The notes under the pieces are model-generated. The model worked only from the letters and a program-made list of their open reading frames with translations, searched no databases and was not told the origin of the DNA. Positions 1 to 11,128 of a stretch of 64,000 bases of DNA are shown here, piece by piece. The stretch lies in contig CAWDMP010000001.1 in NCBI GenBank assembly GCA_963803495.1, forward strand, positions 18,417 through 82,416, in the 5' to 3' direction. Origin of the DNA: an uncultured Cytophagales bacterium. Lineage in GTDB: Bacteria > Bacteroidota > Bacteroidia > Cytophagales > Spirosomataceae. The stretch's first letter is position 1; each line of letters opens with the position of its first letter. The translations under genes and the position numbers were made by a program.

Positions 1-878
1 GACATGTACCGGTAGATGAACGGGTAGTCTTCGGGTTTTAGGTCGAAGCGCTGAGCGGGTTCCAGAGTTTCAGGGAAAAATATCGCTTTGAGTAGCTTGT
101 GCTGATCTTCCAGCGCAAAAGAGTTCTTGTTCGTAAAATCAAAAGGCTCGCTCACCAACTTCCCATCCTGCATGTACCCCTTTCCCAGCAGAATTGGGGC
201 GGGTGGTGCCACCACCGAGTCGGCGTGGGCCATCGGCTGTCGATGCAGTACTTTACCATCCCTCTCAAACCGAATGGGATTGGTATAGCGGTTATTTTCG
301 GTGCTCATCGGCAACTGCAACCGGTGCCGGATGCGCGTGTGGAGGTACCCCTTATCCCGCATTTTCTTATTGAACTCTTCTTGCCCAATAAATTCGTACA
401 ACCGGTTGAAAGCGTCGTTATCGCTCACCAGCAGAATTTTGCGGGCGTAATGCGCCACCGAAGGCAAACCGCTTTCGGAAGTCGTGTCGGCCGTGACGGA
501 CATCTGCTCCGGACGGCCTTTTTCAGTAAACATGGGGGTGTTCCGGTCTAGTCCGGGTACATTGAGTTGATTGATTTTTTCCAAAGCCAGCAGCACGGCA
601 GGCAGCTTGACGGTACTGGCCGGATAAAAATATTGGTTGCGGTCGACCCGGTAACGGTAGGTCTTGAAGCTGGGCTCGTTGCGTCGGTTGCGGTCGATCT
701 GCGTGTACATAATCTGTATGCCCTTCGCACTGGGATTGGCCAAAATGCCCTTGAACCAGTCGGGGTGGCTGTTCAATATTTTTTCCAGGTGTGAATCGGT
801 AACGGGCTGAGCATCAACCGCAAAAGGCAACATCATGGTAACAATCGTAAGGAATAAGCCAGGAAAGTAGCGGAGCAT
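1..878 (-). CDS. Secreted serine hydrolase, class A beta-lactamase-like fold (runs off window start)
   Basis: Manual translation of an open frame from ATG 878: signal peptide (..FAVDA-QP), SxxK motif PASTVKLP, SDN motif (LVSDNDAFN). Not in the ORF track because it has no stop inside the window. Confidence 0.8.
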   Translation of the reverse strand, partial: MLRYFPGLFLTIVTMMLPFAVDAQPVTDSHLEKILNSHPDWFKGILANPSAKGIQIMYTQIDRNRRNEPSFKTYRYRVDRNQYFYPASTVKLPAVLLALEKINQLNVPGLDRNTPMFTEKGRPEQMSVTADTTSESGLPSVAHYARKILLVSDNDAFNRLYEFIGQEEFNKKMRDKGYLHTRIRHRLQLPMSTENNRYTNPIRFERDGKVLHRQPMAHADSVVAPPAPILLGKGYMQDGKLVSEPFDFTNKNSFALEDQHKLLKAIFFPETLEPAQRFDLKPEDYPFIYRYM

Positions 879-1121
879 GAGATTGGGACCGGGCATCATA
901 GACAAGAAGTATTCGGTTGGTTCAGGCATTGGAAATCGCTGCGGGATTCCGGTAGGCAAGGTACCTTTATTTTGGCAATTCCGGTGCCTTCAGAGCCACC
1001 GATCTACGGCATTCGGCTACGGAAAGCCCGATTTCTTATAAAAGTATCGTGCGCAAGATGCATTATAAATGACCCTTGCCTTACTTTGCTAACGGATGAC
1101 ATTACAACCTACACATACATA

Positions 1122-2840
1122 ATGGAAAAGAAAGAACTACGCAGTCGGGGATGGTTTGGCAAGGAAGGAAAGGACGGATTTATCTACCGCGCCTGGATGA
1201 AAAACCAGGGATTTCCGGCCGACGAATTTGAAGGAAGGCCCGTGATCGGGATTTGCAATACGTTCTCGGAGCTCACGCCCTGCAACGGGCACTTTCGCGA
1301 ACTGGCCGAGTCGGTCAAGCGCGGTGTGTGGGAAGCGGGCGGTTTTCCGCTCGAATTTCCGGTGATGTCGCTGGGCGAAACCTCCATCAAGCCCACCGCC
1401 ATGCTTTTCCGCAACCTGGCGAGCATGGATGTAGAAGAATCGATCCGGGCCAACCCGATCGACGGTGTCGTGCTGCTCTGCGGTTGTGACAAAACCACAC
1501 CCTCGCTCGTCATGGGCGCCTGCAGCGTGGATATACCCACGATCGTGGTATCGGGCGGACCGATGCTGACGGGCCGCTACCGGGGCAAGACCATCGGTAC
1601 CAGCGATGTGTGGCGGTTCAGCGAAGCCTTCCGGCAGGGGCAACTCACCCAGGAAGAGTTCACGACTTCCGAGGCTTGCATGTGCCGGAGCGCGGGCCAC
1701 TGCGCCGTGATGGGCACCGCTTCCACGATGGCCTGCATGGTGGAGTCGTTGGGCTTGACGCTACCCGAAAATGCCGCCATTCCGGCCGTCGACTCGCGCC
1801 GCAAAGTGGCCGCCCACCTGTCGGGTCGGCGGATCGTAAATATGGTGAAAGAGGACCTGCGCCTTTCGCACATCCTGACCCGCGAAGCCTTCGAGAATGC
1901 CATCAAGATCAACGCCGCCATTGGCGGCTCGACCAATTTCGTGATCCACCTGCTGGCCATCGCGGGCCGCATCGGGGTAGACTTGAAGCTCGACGATTTC
2001 GACCGCCTCTCAGCCGAAGTGCCTTTGCTGGCCAATCTGCAGCCTTCCGGCGGGTACTTCATGGAAGATTTTTATTATGCCGGTGGCTTGCCCGTGGTAA
2101 TAAAAGAAATGTTGTCTAAAATACATCCCGAAGTGATTACAGCCAACGGCCGCACGGTGGCCGAAAATTGCGCAGATGCCGAGTGCTTCGATCCCGAGGT
2201 GATCGGTTCGCTCGAAAAGCCGGTGAAAGACCTGACCGGACTGGTCGTGGTGCGGGGCAATCTGGCCGAAAACGGCGCGGTACTCAAACCTTCCGCTTCG
2301 CTCAAACCCGAGCTGATGCAACATCGCGGCCCGGCGCTGGTGTTCGAAGACATCGACCACTACAAAGCCCGACTCGACGACCCAACGCTGACTTTGGACG
2401 AAAACACCGTGATGGTACTTAAAAATGTCGGACCCAAGGGCTACCCCGGAATGCCGGAAGTGGGCAATATGTCCATCCCCAAGCGATTGTTGGAACAAGG
2501 CGTGATGGACATGCTCCGTATTTCCGACGGCCGGATGAGTGGTACCGGCTTCGGCACCGTGGTGCTGCACGTCTCGCCCGAGGCCGCCGTGGGTGGCAAC
2601 TTGGCGTTGGTACAAGACGGCGACATCATCGAGCTCGATGTAGCCAACCGCCGCCTGCACCTGCACGTGTCGGACGAAGAACTCACGCGCCGCCGCGCCG
2701 ACTGGCAACCGCCCCAGCTTGGCTACAACCGAGGCTATGTCAACCTCCACATCAACCATGTGCTCCAAGCCCACGAAGGCGCCGACCTCGATTTCCTGCG
2801 CGGCGGCTCGGGCGATAAAGTGACGCGGGATTCGCATTAG
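1122..2840 (+). CDS. IlvD/Edd-family dehydratase, probably a sugar-acid (arabinonate/xylonate-type) dehydratase
   Basis: Motifs NTFSELTPCN, CDKTTP, CAVMGTASTM, GGSTN, SDGRMSGT, HVSPEA. Neighbour is an SDR. Confidence 0.9.
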   Translation: MEKKELRSRGWFGKEGKDGFIYRAWMKNQGFPADEFEGRPVIGICNTFSELTPCNGHFRELAESVKRGVWEAGGFPLEFPVMSLGETSIKPTAMLFRNLASMDVEESIRANPIDGVVLLCGCDKTTPSLVMGACSVDIPTIVVSGGPMLTGRYRGKTIGTSDVWRFSEAFRQGQLTQEEFTTSEACMCRSAGHCAVMGTASTMACMVESLGLTLPENAAIPAVDSRRKVAAHLSGRRIVNMVKEDLRLSHILTREAFENAIKINAAIGGSTNFVIHLLAIAGRIGVDLKLDDFDRLSAEVPLLANLQPSGGYFMEDFYYAGGLPVVIKEMLSKIHPEVITANGRTVAENCADAECFDPEVIGSLEKPVKDLTGLVVVRGNLAENGAVLKPSASLKPELMQHRGPALVFEDIDHYKARLDDPTLTLDENTVMVLKNVGPKGYPGMPEVGNMSIPKRLLEQGVMDMLRISDGRMSGTGFGTVVLHVSPEAAVGGNLALVQDGDIIELDVANRRLHLHVSDEELTRRRADWQPPQLGYNRGYVNLHINHVLQAHEGADLDFLRGGSGDKVTRDSH

Positions 2841-2944
2841 GAGAGTTTATGAGTTGAAAAGTGTATGAGTTTATGATTTTTCAGGTCCAAGATTCTGCTT
2901 ATTCGGTTACTGCTATATCTTTACTCATCAACTCATACATTTTT

Positions 2945-3741
2945 ATGTTTCAAAATCTATTCGCCGATCAAGTGGCGATCGTGACCGGTGCAGGGCAGGG
3001 GATCGGATTGGAAATAGCCCGACAATTGGCTTCGGCAAGGTGCTTCGGTCGTGCTCAACGACGCCGATTCTGTGTTGGCTGCCGAGGCGATGGCGTCGAT
3101 CGTGCGGGAAGGCGGACAGTGCGTGGCTGTGGCTGGCGATGCCGCCGACGAAACTGTGATCGGGCAAATGGTGGCGGTGGCGGCGGAGCATTTCGGAAAG
3201 CTGACGATCGTGGTAGCCAATGCCGGCATTACACTTTTTGGTGATTTTTTTGAGTATCCTGCCACAGACCTTCGGCGCGTTTTGGAGGTGAACTTGGCCG
3301 GTTCGTTTTTGCTTACTCAAGCCGCCGCCCGACAGATGCGCGAGCAACGGTCCGGTGGGCGCATTTTGTTAATGTCGTCGGTGGTAGGCCACCAGGCACA
3401 CCAGAATCTGGCGGCCTACGCCATGACCAAGGCCGGACTGGAAATGCTGGCCAAGAATTTGGTAATTGGAACTCTCGCCCCATGGTATCACAATCAACGC
3501 CGTTGCGCCAGGCGCTACTATTACGGAACGCACCACCGAAGACCCTACTTATGAACAGGTTTGGTCGGGGATAACGCCCATCGGCAATCCAGCGCGGGTA
3601 GCCGACATAGCCCATGCCGCTTTATTTTTGCTATCGCCGGCATCGGGCCACATCACCGGCCAAAGCCTGGTCGTGGATGGCGGCTGGACTGCGGTGAGCC
3701 CGCTGCCCGATTTGAGTAATATGAAAAAAGATGAGAGGTAG
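2945..3741 (+). CDS. SDR-family oxidoreductase, split by two frameshifts (~3040, ~3465)
   Basis: TGAGQGIG, NAG, YAMTK and NAVAPG..VDGG motifs fall in three successive frames. Confidence 0.85.
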
Positions 3742-3764
3742 GCAAAAGATTCTGGCACTAATTG

Positions 3765-3801
3765 CCTAACACCTAACAACCTAATACCTAACAACCTGAA
3801 A
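3765..3801 (+). repeat. Intergenic CCTAACA-type heptamer array
   Basis: CCTAACA CCTAACA A CCTAATA CCTAACA A CCTGAAA directly before the polX ATG. Confidence 0.75.
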
Positions 3802-5532
3802 ATGACTAATTCTGAAATAATAGACACCCTCGAACTGACCGCCAAATTGCTGGAACTACACAACGCGGACGGCTTCAAAATCAGGGCGTACAGCGGTGCG
3901 GCATTTAATCTTGATAAGCTGAACGACAAAGAAATAGCCGGTTTGTCTTTCAGTGAGCTGACCGCGCTTCAGGGCGTTGGCAAGGGCGTGGCCGGCAAAA
4001 TCATCGAGCTGGTCGAGAAGGGCAAGGTGAAAGAAACCGAAGAACTGCTCGCCGCCACCCCGCCGGGAGTACTTGAGATGTTCAAAATCAAGGGCATCGG
4101 CCCAAAGAAAATAGCCGCACTTTGGCACGAAGCTGGTATCGAAACCATCGCCGAACTCGAAGCCGCTTGTCAGGATGGCAGCGTTGCCAAGTTGAAAGGG
4201 TTTGGGAAAGGTACCCAGCAGAAAATCCTCGATTCGCTGGACTTTTTGCGAAGCCAGGAAGGGAAACTCCGCATGAATCAGGCGGAAAAGCTCTCACAAC
4301 TGGTACTCGATGTGCTGGAACAAAACTTCGAGCGTGTAGAAGTGGCGGGGGAAATGCGGCGCAAATTAGAAACTGTCGAAACACTTCGCTTCTTGATCGC
4401 CGCCGAATCGCCGATCGCAACCCAGAAAAAGCTGAACGAAATCGAGGTACTTGCTCAGGAAATTCCCAACTCGTCGCCCTTCGTATGGCGGGGGAAAGCG
4501 TTCGATCAGGATATTTTGGTGGAAATCATCGCGGTAGCTCCGGCCAGTATTGAGAGCGAATTGTTCATTCGTAGCGCGGCCGAGGGACATTTAGCGCAGG
4601 AAGCCGCCGAGGGAAACTCGCTTTGGCAAATCGCCCGAGCTGAAAATACGGGCACCGAGGAAGAAATTTACACCAAAGCCGGCCTGCCCTACATCGTGCC
4701 CGAAATGCGGGAGGGTTTCGGGGAATTCGCTTGGGCCGAGCAGCACAAAAACGAGGAGCTAATCACCTGGGACGACCTCAAAGGTATCCTGCACAACCAC
4801 AGTACCTATTCCGACGGACAGAACACGCTGACCGAGATGGCCGACTACTGCCGGGAACTGGGCTTCGAGTATCTGGGCATCGCCGATCATTCCCAAACCG
4901 CTACCTACGCCAACGGCCTGCGCGCCGATCGGGTACGGGCGCAACAGGCCGAAATCGACCAACTCAATACCCGCTACGTCGCCGAAGCCATCGGCAAGCC
5001 TTTTAAAATCCTGAGAGGGATCGAATCGGATATTCTGGGCGATGGGATGCTGGACTACTCCGACGAGGTACTGGCTACCTTCGACTACGTAGTGGCCTCG
5101 GTGCACAGCAACCTCAACATGCCGATGAACAAGGCCACGGACCGCCTGATCACCGCGATTGCTAATCCGTACACCACCATTTTGGGCCACCCCACCGGCC
5201 GCCTACTACTTTCGCGCGACGGCTACCCGATCGACTACCGGGCGGTCATCGATGCCTGCGCCGCGCACAACGTCATCATGGAGATTAACGCCAGCCCTTG
5301 GCGCCTCGACCTTGACTGGCGCTGGATCGGCTATTGCCTCGACAAAGGCGTAAAACTCAGCATCAACCCCGACGCCCACACCACCCAGGGCTACCACGAC
5401 ATGCACTACGGCGTGTCCATTGCCCGCAAAGGAGGCTTGACCAGAGGCATGACGTTCAATGCCTTAACATTACAAGAAATAGAGGATTGGTTGGGAGAAA
5501 AGAAGTCAAAAATTACAACTTCAAAATCGTAA
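3802..5532 (+). CDS. polX: DNA polymerase X / PHP-domain protein
   Basis: N-terminal HhH motifs (GVGKG, GIGPKK, GFGKG). PHP motifs HNHSTYSDG, DH and NPDAH. Polymerase aspartates are degenerate (ETVETLRF). Confidence 0.9.
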   Translation: MTNSEIIDTLELTAKLLELHNADGFKIRAYSGAAFNLDKLNDKEIAGLSFSELTALQGVGKGVAGKIIELVEKGKVKETEELLAATPPGVLEMFKIKGIGPKKIAALWHEAGIETIAELEAACQDGSVAKLKGFGKGTQQKILDSLDFLRSQEGKLRMNQAEKLSQLVLDVLEQNFERVEVAGEMRRKLETVETLRFLIAAESPIATQKKLNEIEVLAQEIPNSSPFVWRGKAFDQDILVEIIAVAPASIESELFIRSAAEGHLAQEAAEGNSLWQIARAENTGTEEEIYTKAGLPYIVPEMREGFGEFAWAEQHKNEELITWDDLKGILHNHSTYSDGQNTLTEMADYCRELGFEYLGIADHSQTATYANGLRADRVRAQQAEIDQLNTRYVAEAIGKPFKILRGIESDILGDGMLDYSDEVLATFDYVVASVHSNLNMPMNKATDRLITAIANPYTTILGHPTGRLLLSRDGYPIDYRAVIDACAAHNVIMEINASPWRLDLDWRWIGYCLDKGVKLSINPDAHTTQGYHDMHYGVSIARKGGLTRGMTFNALTLQEIEDWLGEKKSKITTSKS

Positions 5533-7564
5533 ACTCCACTCGCCGATTCCATTGGCGGGTTTCTTCCGTGATATTGCTACTGATGGGGTTGGCGGGCCCC
5601 CAAGCTTTGGTTTGAATACGCGGGAGTTCGATTCCCTTGGTATTCAGGTACTTCTTGACCGCCAGATACCCGATCTTCCGACAGCTTGACGTTCTTTTGG
5701 TAGTCGCCCACGTTGTCGGTGTGGCCTTCCAGCAACACTTCCATGGTCGGGTGCTCCTTCATCATCGCCACGATGCGCTGCATTTCGGGGTAGGACGAGC
5801 TCACCACATCGGCGCTGCTTTGGGCAAACATGATCTGACTCAGCCGGATTTTCTGCCCCACCTTGATTGGCAGCATCGTGATGTTCTTGCGGATGGTCCT
5901 GAAATTCGTTTCGCGCTGCAGGTCGATTTCTTCGGTCACCGGGAAGTACCCTTCGTGGCTGGCCGTGAGCCGGTACAGATCTTTCAGCGGCAGAATCATC
6001 TTGTACTCCCCCGTTTCGGGCTCGTAGGTGACCTTGGCAAACTCTTCGTTTGATTTTTTAAGATCCGCCACAATCTCCGCGCTCATCGGTTGGTTACTCT
6101 CGGCGTCGATCACGTTGCCCGAAACAATGGCGACGGGCTCGGGTTTGATGGATGGGAATAGCCGCACGCGGAAAATGTCTTCTCTACCTAATGAGTTGTC
6201 TGTTGAACTCATGTATGCGTATTCAGCCGAGGCAGGAATATTGAAGAAGCCGTCCCAATTTGACGTATTGATAGCTGGACCCAAATTCTCAGGCTCCGAC
6301 CAATTGGTCCAGGTGTCGTCGAGTCGGCGACTGAAGTAGATGTCGCCATTCCCGTAGCCGCTGAATCCGGCAGAAGTGAAGTAAAGTGTTTTGTCATCTG
6401 AGGCAATAAAGGGGAGTCCACTCGTTGTCGGGACTATTAATGACCGATCCCATATGTTTAGGCTCTGTCCAAGATTCATCACCATCTAAAAATGTGACAT
6501 ATAGGTCTTTGTTTCCTTCGGTGTCACGGCGTTGTACAGAGATGACCATAACCTTACCTTTGGACGAAATCGCAAACTCAGTCAGTTTGTCCTCGAAGTC
6601 GTTATAATGGTTTTTGATTCGAACTTCTTTTGGAAATGACCAACCATTGGCAGTAAGAACAGACTTAGATAGTCCCTCAACGACGGAGCCATCAGGACGA
6701 TAAACGTTGAGGAGGTAAAGCGTCTTCCCGTCGGGCGAAATCCCCGTAGCGGCATTATCTCCCTCATTGTTGATAGGCGATTTTAAATTAATCGCTTCAC
6801 CCCAAACGTTATTTTTATCAAGGTTGGAAGCCCAAACGTCCTGTTTTTCTGCAGATCCCGTGTTTCCTGGATGTCTTGCCCGCGTAAAATACAGAGAACG
6901 ACCGTCAGGCGAGATAACGGGAGCCAGTTCTTGCGCGATTGAGTTGACCATTTTTCCCAAGTTTTCCTTCTGCAAATCTTTTGGCGCGTCCGCCATCACG
7001 CGAATGGTGCCTTTCATAGGATCAGTCGAAGATGAAATTCCAATGGCATCGATCTGATTAAAGCCTAGTACCCGCGAAGGTTGTAGCACTACTTTAACGG
7101 CGTTGACTACCAGCGCCGAATCCGAAGGGAAACACGTAGGTCATTTTGCCCAGCTCCCTGGTGGGCGTGATGGAACTTTCGATAAGCAAATGCTCACCCG
7201 AATTTTCATCGTAAGCATACACCCGTACGATAGCCCCGGCGTTGAAGTTCTCGGCAATCGCAACTTGCCGGAGCGGAATGGCTTTCTCAAAACCCACTTT
7301 GATCCATTCCTCGTTGATCGAATTGACCTGCGCGGGGGCCCAGGCACAGGGGCTGTCGCCCACACCGGGTAGTTTGTTGGGGCGGCCCAGTACCTGCACG
7401 GCGCGGTATTCCTTGCCGTAAGGACCCGGGCGGTACTCCGACGAGTACCCCAAAATCTTAGAGGCCCACTGCTCGCTTTGGGCCAGCAGGGGACGAGTGG
7501 AAAATAAAAATACAGGAATCAACAACGCTGCTATCTTCCTCAATCCGGTCGCGTTATTTATCAT
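5513..7564 (-). CDS. OmpA-family protein with PD40 beta-propeller repeats; frameshifts at ~7090, ~6480 and ~5660
   Basis: Signal peptide ..LLA-QS, PD40 repeats (APVISPDGRSLYF), OmpA C-terminus (EGHTDNVG..LSEDR, then NRRVEF in a shifted frame, TAA at 5513). Confidence 0.85.
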
Positions 7565-7684
7565 GAATGGCGAGTACTTTATTAATATTTTTAAATCGAC
7601 TTCCTGATTTGGCCTTCGTTGTTCTAAACCCTTATATGCAGCAATTATCAAGCCGAGATGAGCACATGAGAGTACTTACTTGTC

Positions 7685-10268
7685 TTACTCCCCGGATGCG
7701 TTCGCGTCGGGTGTGTCGAGCGTAGAACCCAGGAACAAGGCATTAAAAAATAGTTTCGAAGTACCCAGCCAGGTACCTCTGAAATTGGGGTTGTCGGCAA
7801 ACAGGATCACATTGCCCTGGCCCACTTTGTGGGTGAGTAGTCCAGCCGAATTGGCTATTTTCTTTAAGGTCCTTGGGTGCACGTAGCCGTTGAGCAGCGG
7901 TTTAGCGTCGTACTTGATAACGGTACTGTACGGATTCTCCGATACTTCCAGCAACGTGTTGCTATTGCGATAGAGCGCGATTTTGCGATCGGTGTACCCG
8001 AAGCCCAGCGGATTGCTCAGGTCGAGGTCGGCGGAGAAATATGGCCCCTCCCGTCAGCGTCGAGCCTTCGACGTTGCTGGCGTCCTGGTAGTCGGTGCGG
8101 GCGGTTTTGGCATCGGTGGTATCTTTCAGTTTGCGCATCTTTTCGGAAGCAATTTTATTCTTGATCGCCCATTCCGAGGCTGATTTGAAAGTAACGAGCG
8201 TTCCGCCTGCTTTGACCCAATCTTTCATTTTTTCAACAAAGTCACCGTCGGAAGGGTACTGCCCGTTGACCATCACAACGACGTCGTACTTGTAGAAATT
8301 AACGCGACCAAGTTGCGCCATATCCACCTTCGTGATCGGCATACCCACGTAATTATCCAACATGTACCATACTTCGCCCGCTTCGTACTGGCTGGTGCCA
8401 CTGCCGATCGGCATGAGTACCTTGGGTAGCTTGACGGTCGTGAAATTGTTGCTACCTAAATCGACGCCCGCGCTGCTATACCCGGTTTTGACCGACCGGA
8501 ATTTGACACCCGTATTGGCCGCAACCAGTTGCAGTTTGGCGTACAAAGAGTCGCTATTTTGCGGTTGCCGTTGCACCGGAATGATCATCGTGCCGTGTCC
8601 GAACGATTGAACGCCTTCGTCGGTGGCGATCGAAAAAGGCTTAGCCCCGACCTTCACCAGGTAGCCATCTTGCAGTAGTTGATAAAGTGCTTTATGGGTA
8701 TTGAAATCTGTGGCGGGCAGCAGATAAGCATAGTCCGTTTTGGTGAAAGTAATGGGCGAAAACGCCAATGACTCGAACGTCAATCGTTCGCCGGTCGGGA
8801 CCGCGCCGCCTTTATATTCGGCGTGCGGCAGACCGTAAGCCAGCGGCAGATTCCAGGCCGAGGCGTCGTAGAAGATGCTGTCGGCGAAGGCAACAGGCTT
8901 TTCAAACACCGACTGCACCATCCGGTACTGCGGCTGGGCGACGGGTACGTAGTATGCTTGGCCGGGCCGGAAGGTTTGGCCATCCTGCTTCACTTCCGAA
9001 GTCAGCGGGTAGGTTTCGATGCGGTGCAACAGCAACATATTCAGGAACGTACGGTTGCGGGTATCGTCATCGTCCGCGCCCACGAGGTACCCTTTCACGG
9101 CGCTTTTTTTGGCAGTGCTTACGGCCGAATCGAAAAACTCTTTCTGGAAGCGAAGCAAATCTTCCCGCTGCGCCACCGCGCCCCGGATGGTAGCGATGGC
9201 GTTGACGAGGTGATTGCGAACGGCATACGAGAAAGTCAGCAGGCCGTTGTCGCTGTCCTGCACGTGGCCGCGCGAGCTACCCTGCTCGAAAAGAAAGCCG
9301 ATGCCGCCCTTGATGTCGGGGTAGCTGGAACCATAGCCGGGGTACAGATTATCGAACGACTCCTTACTGTAATAAAACGAACCGATCTCGTTCATGGCCG
9401 ACTCGAAGTACTTGGCAAAGGTATCATTCAGGTTGCGGTACACGTAGGCCGGTACCAGCGGATTCTCGGCGCTTTGCTTGGAAGGCTCGAAAAAGTGCGT
9501 CGAGTTGGTACCCATTTCGTGGTGGTCGGTCACGACATTGGGGTACCATTGATGATAAAAATTAAGCCGGTTGCGGCTCTCGCGGTGCACTGCCAAAAAC
9601 CAGTCGCGGTTGAGGTCGAACCAATAGTGGTTTACGCGGCCGCTGGGCCACACCTCGTTGTGCTCGCGGTCGTTGGGGTCAGAGACGGGCGGCATGCCTT
9701 TGTGCATATTCACCCAGTTGGCGAAGCGGTCGCGGCCGTCGGGATTGATCACTGGCTCGATGAACGTCACGGCGGTTCGGAGCGTGTTGAGTACCTCCGG
9801 GTCTTCGCCCGCCGCCAGGTAGTAGGCCGTCAGGATCGCCGCCTCGCCGCCCGAGGCCTCGTTGCCGTGGACGTTGTAGCCCAGTTGGAGTACCACCGGC
9901 ATCGTCTTGGTATCCGGCATTTTCTTCGTCGGATCGACCAGCGCCTGGCGGTTTTGCCGGATGCTTTCGAGGTTGGCCAGGTTTTCCGGGCTGCTGAATG
10001 CGACCATCAGCTGGTCGCGGTACTCGTAGGTGCGGCCCGTGCTTCGGTACTTCACCCGGTCGGAAGCTTCGCTGAGGTACTTGAAGTACGACACCATTCG
10101 ATCGTAGCGCGTATGCTGCGTCCCTACGGAGTACCCCAGAAACGCATCTGGTGTGAGTATATTCGGGTTGAATTTCTTGCCTGGAAAGTAGTAGTTGTTC
10201 TGCGCTTGCAGGCTGGAAGCCAGCAAGGTGAGGAGTCAGAATAGGGGAAAAGTGTAATTTTTTTTCAT
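7685..10268 (-). CDS. M14 zinc carboxypeptidase-family secreted protein; frameshifts near the start and at ~8035
   Basis: HGNE, NPDGRDR, NHYWFDLNRDW and DHHEMG motifs. The C-terminal ORF 7685-7954 continues it. Confidence 0.85.
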
Positions 10269-10378
10269 TAAAGTGCAAATGAAGCCTCGGAGAGGCTCAA
10301 CGTTTGTAAATATTTAAAATACAACTATCAAATAAGCTTCGGAGAAGCGCAACGTCTGGATGCATGTATCTGGCTCAC

Positions 10379-11029
10379 TTATTGCGAACCTTTCAATTCA
10401 CGAATAGTCGCCATCGGATTGTCCGATTTAAACACAAAACTCCCCGCCACAAGCACATCGGCCCCGGCCTCCACGAGCAGTGGTGCATTTTCATCATTGA
10501 CGCCACCGTCGATCTCGATCTTGAAATCCAGCCCGGCCTCGGTTCGCAGCTGCACCAATTGCCGCACTTTTTGATAGGTGTTTTCGATAAAACTTTGCCC
10601 GCCAAATCCCGGATTGACCGACATGATGAGTACTTGCGCCACCTCACCCAGAATATCGGCGAGCAAGGCCACGGACGTATGCGGATTGACCGCCACCGAC
10701 GGCAACGCGCCCAACTCCCTGATGTGCTGTAACGTCCGGTGCAGGTTAGGGCAAGTTTCGTGATGTACCGTGATGATATCGGCTCCGGCTTTACGGAAAT
10801 CTTCCAGGTAGCGTTCCGGCTCCACGATCATCAGATGGACATCGAGCGGTTTGGTAGCGTGGCGCGCGATGGCGGCGCAGACCGGGATGCCGAACGAAAT
10901 GTTGGGCACAAACCGGCCATCCATAATATCGACGTGGATGTAGTCGGCGGCGCTGCGGTTGAGCATTTCGACATCACGCTGCAAATTAGCGAAGTCGGCG
11001 GCCAAGACGGAGGGGGCGATTAGGGGCAT
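10379..11029 (-). CDS. rpe: Ribulose-phosphate 3-epimerase
   Basis: IAPSVLAADF, HVDIMDGRFVPN, DVHLM, MSVNPGFGGQ, IEIDGG, VAGS. Confidence 0.96.
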   Translation of the reverse strand: MPLIAPSVLAADFANLQRDVEMLNRSAADYIHVDIMDGRFVPNISFGIPVCAAIARHATKPLDVHLMIVEPERYLEDFRKAGADIITVHHETCPNLHRTLQHIRELGALPSVAVNPHTSVALLADILGEVAQVLIMSVNPGFGGQSFIENTYQKVRQLVQLRTEAGLDFKIEIDGGVNDENAPLLVEAGADVLVAGSFVFKSDNPMATIRELKGSQ

Positions 11030-11128
11030 TTTCAGTAGTTTTGAACGAAAATAGGCATTTTTGCTTCGAAAAACGCATTCCTGCTTTATTTCAGTTTGCA
11101 ACCATTTGATTATCAATTCCACACAAAG

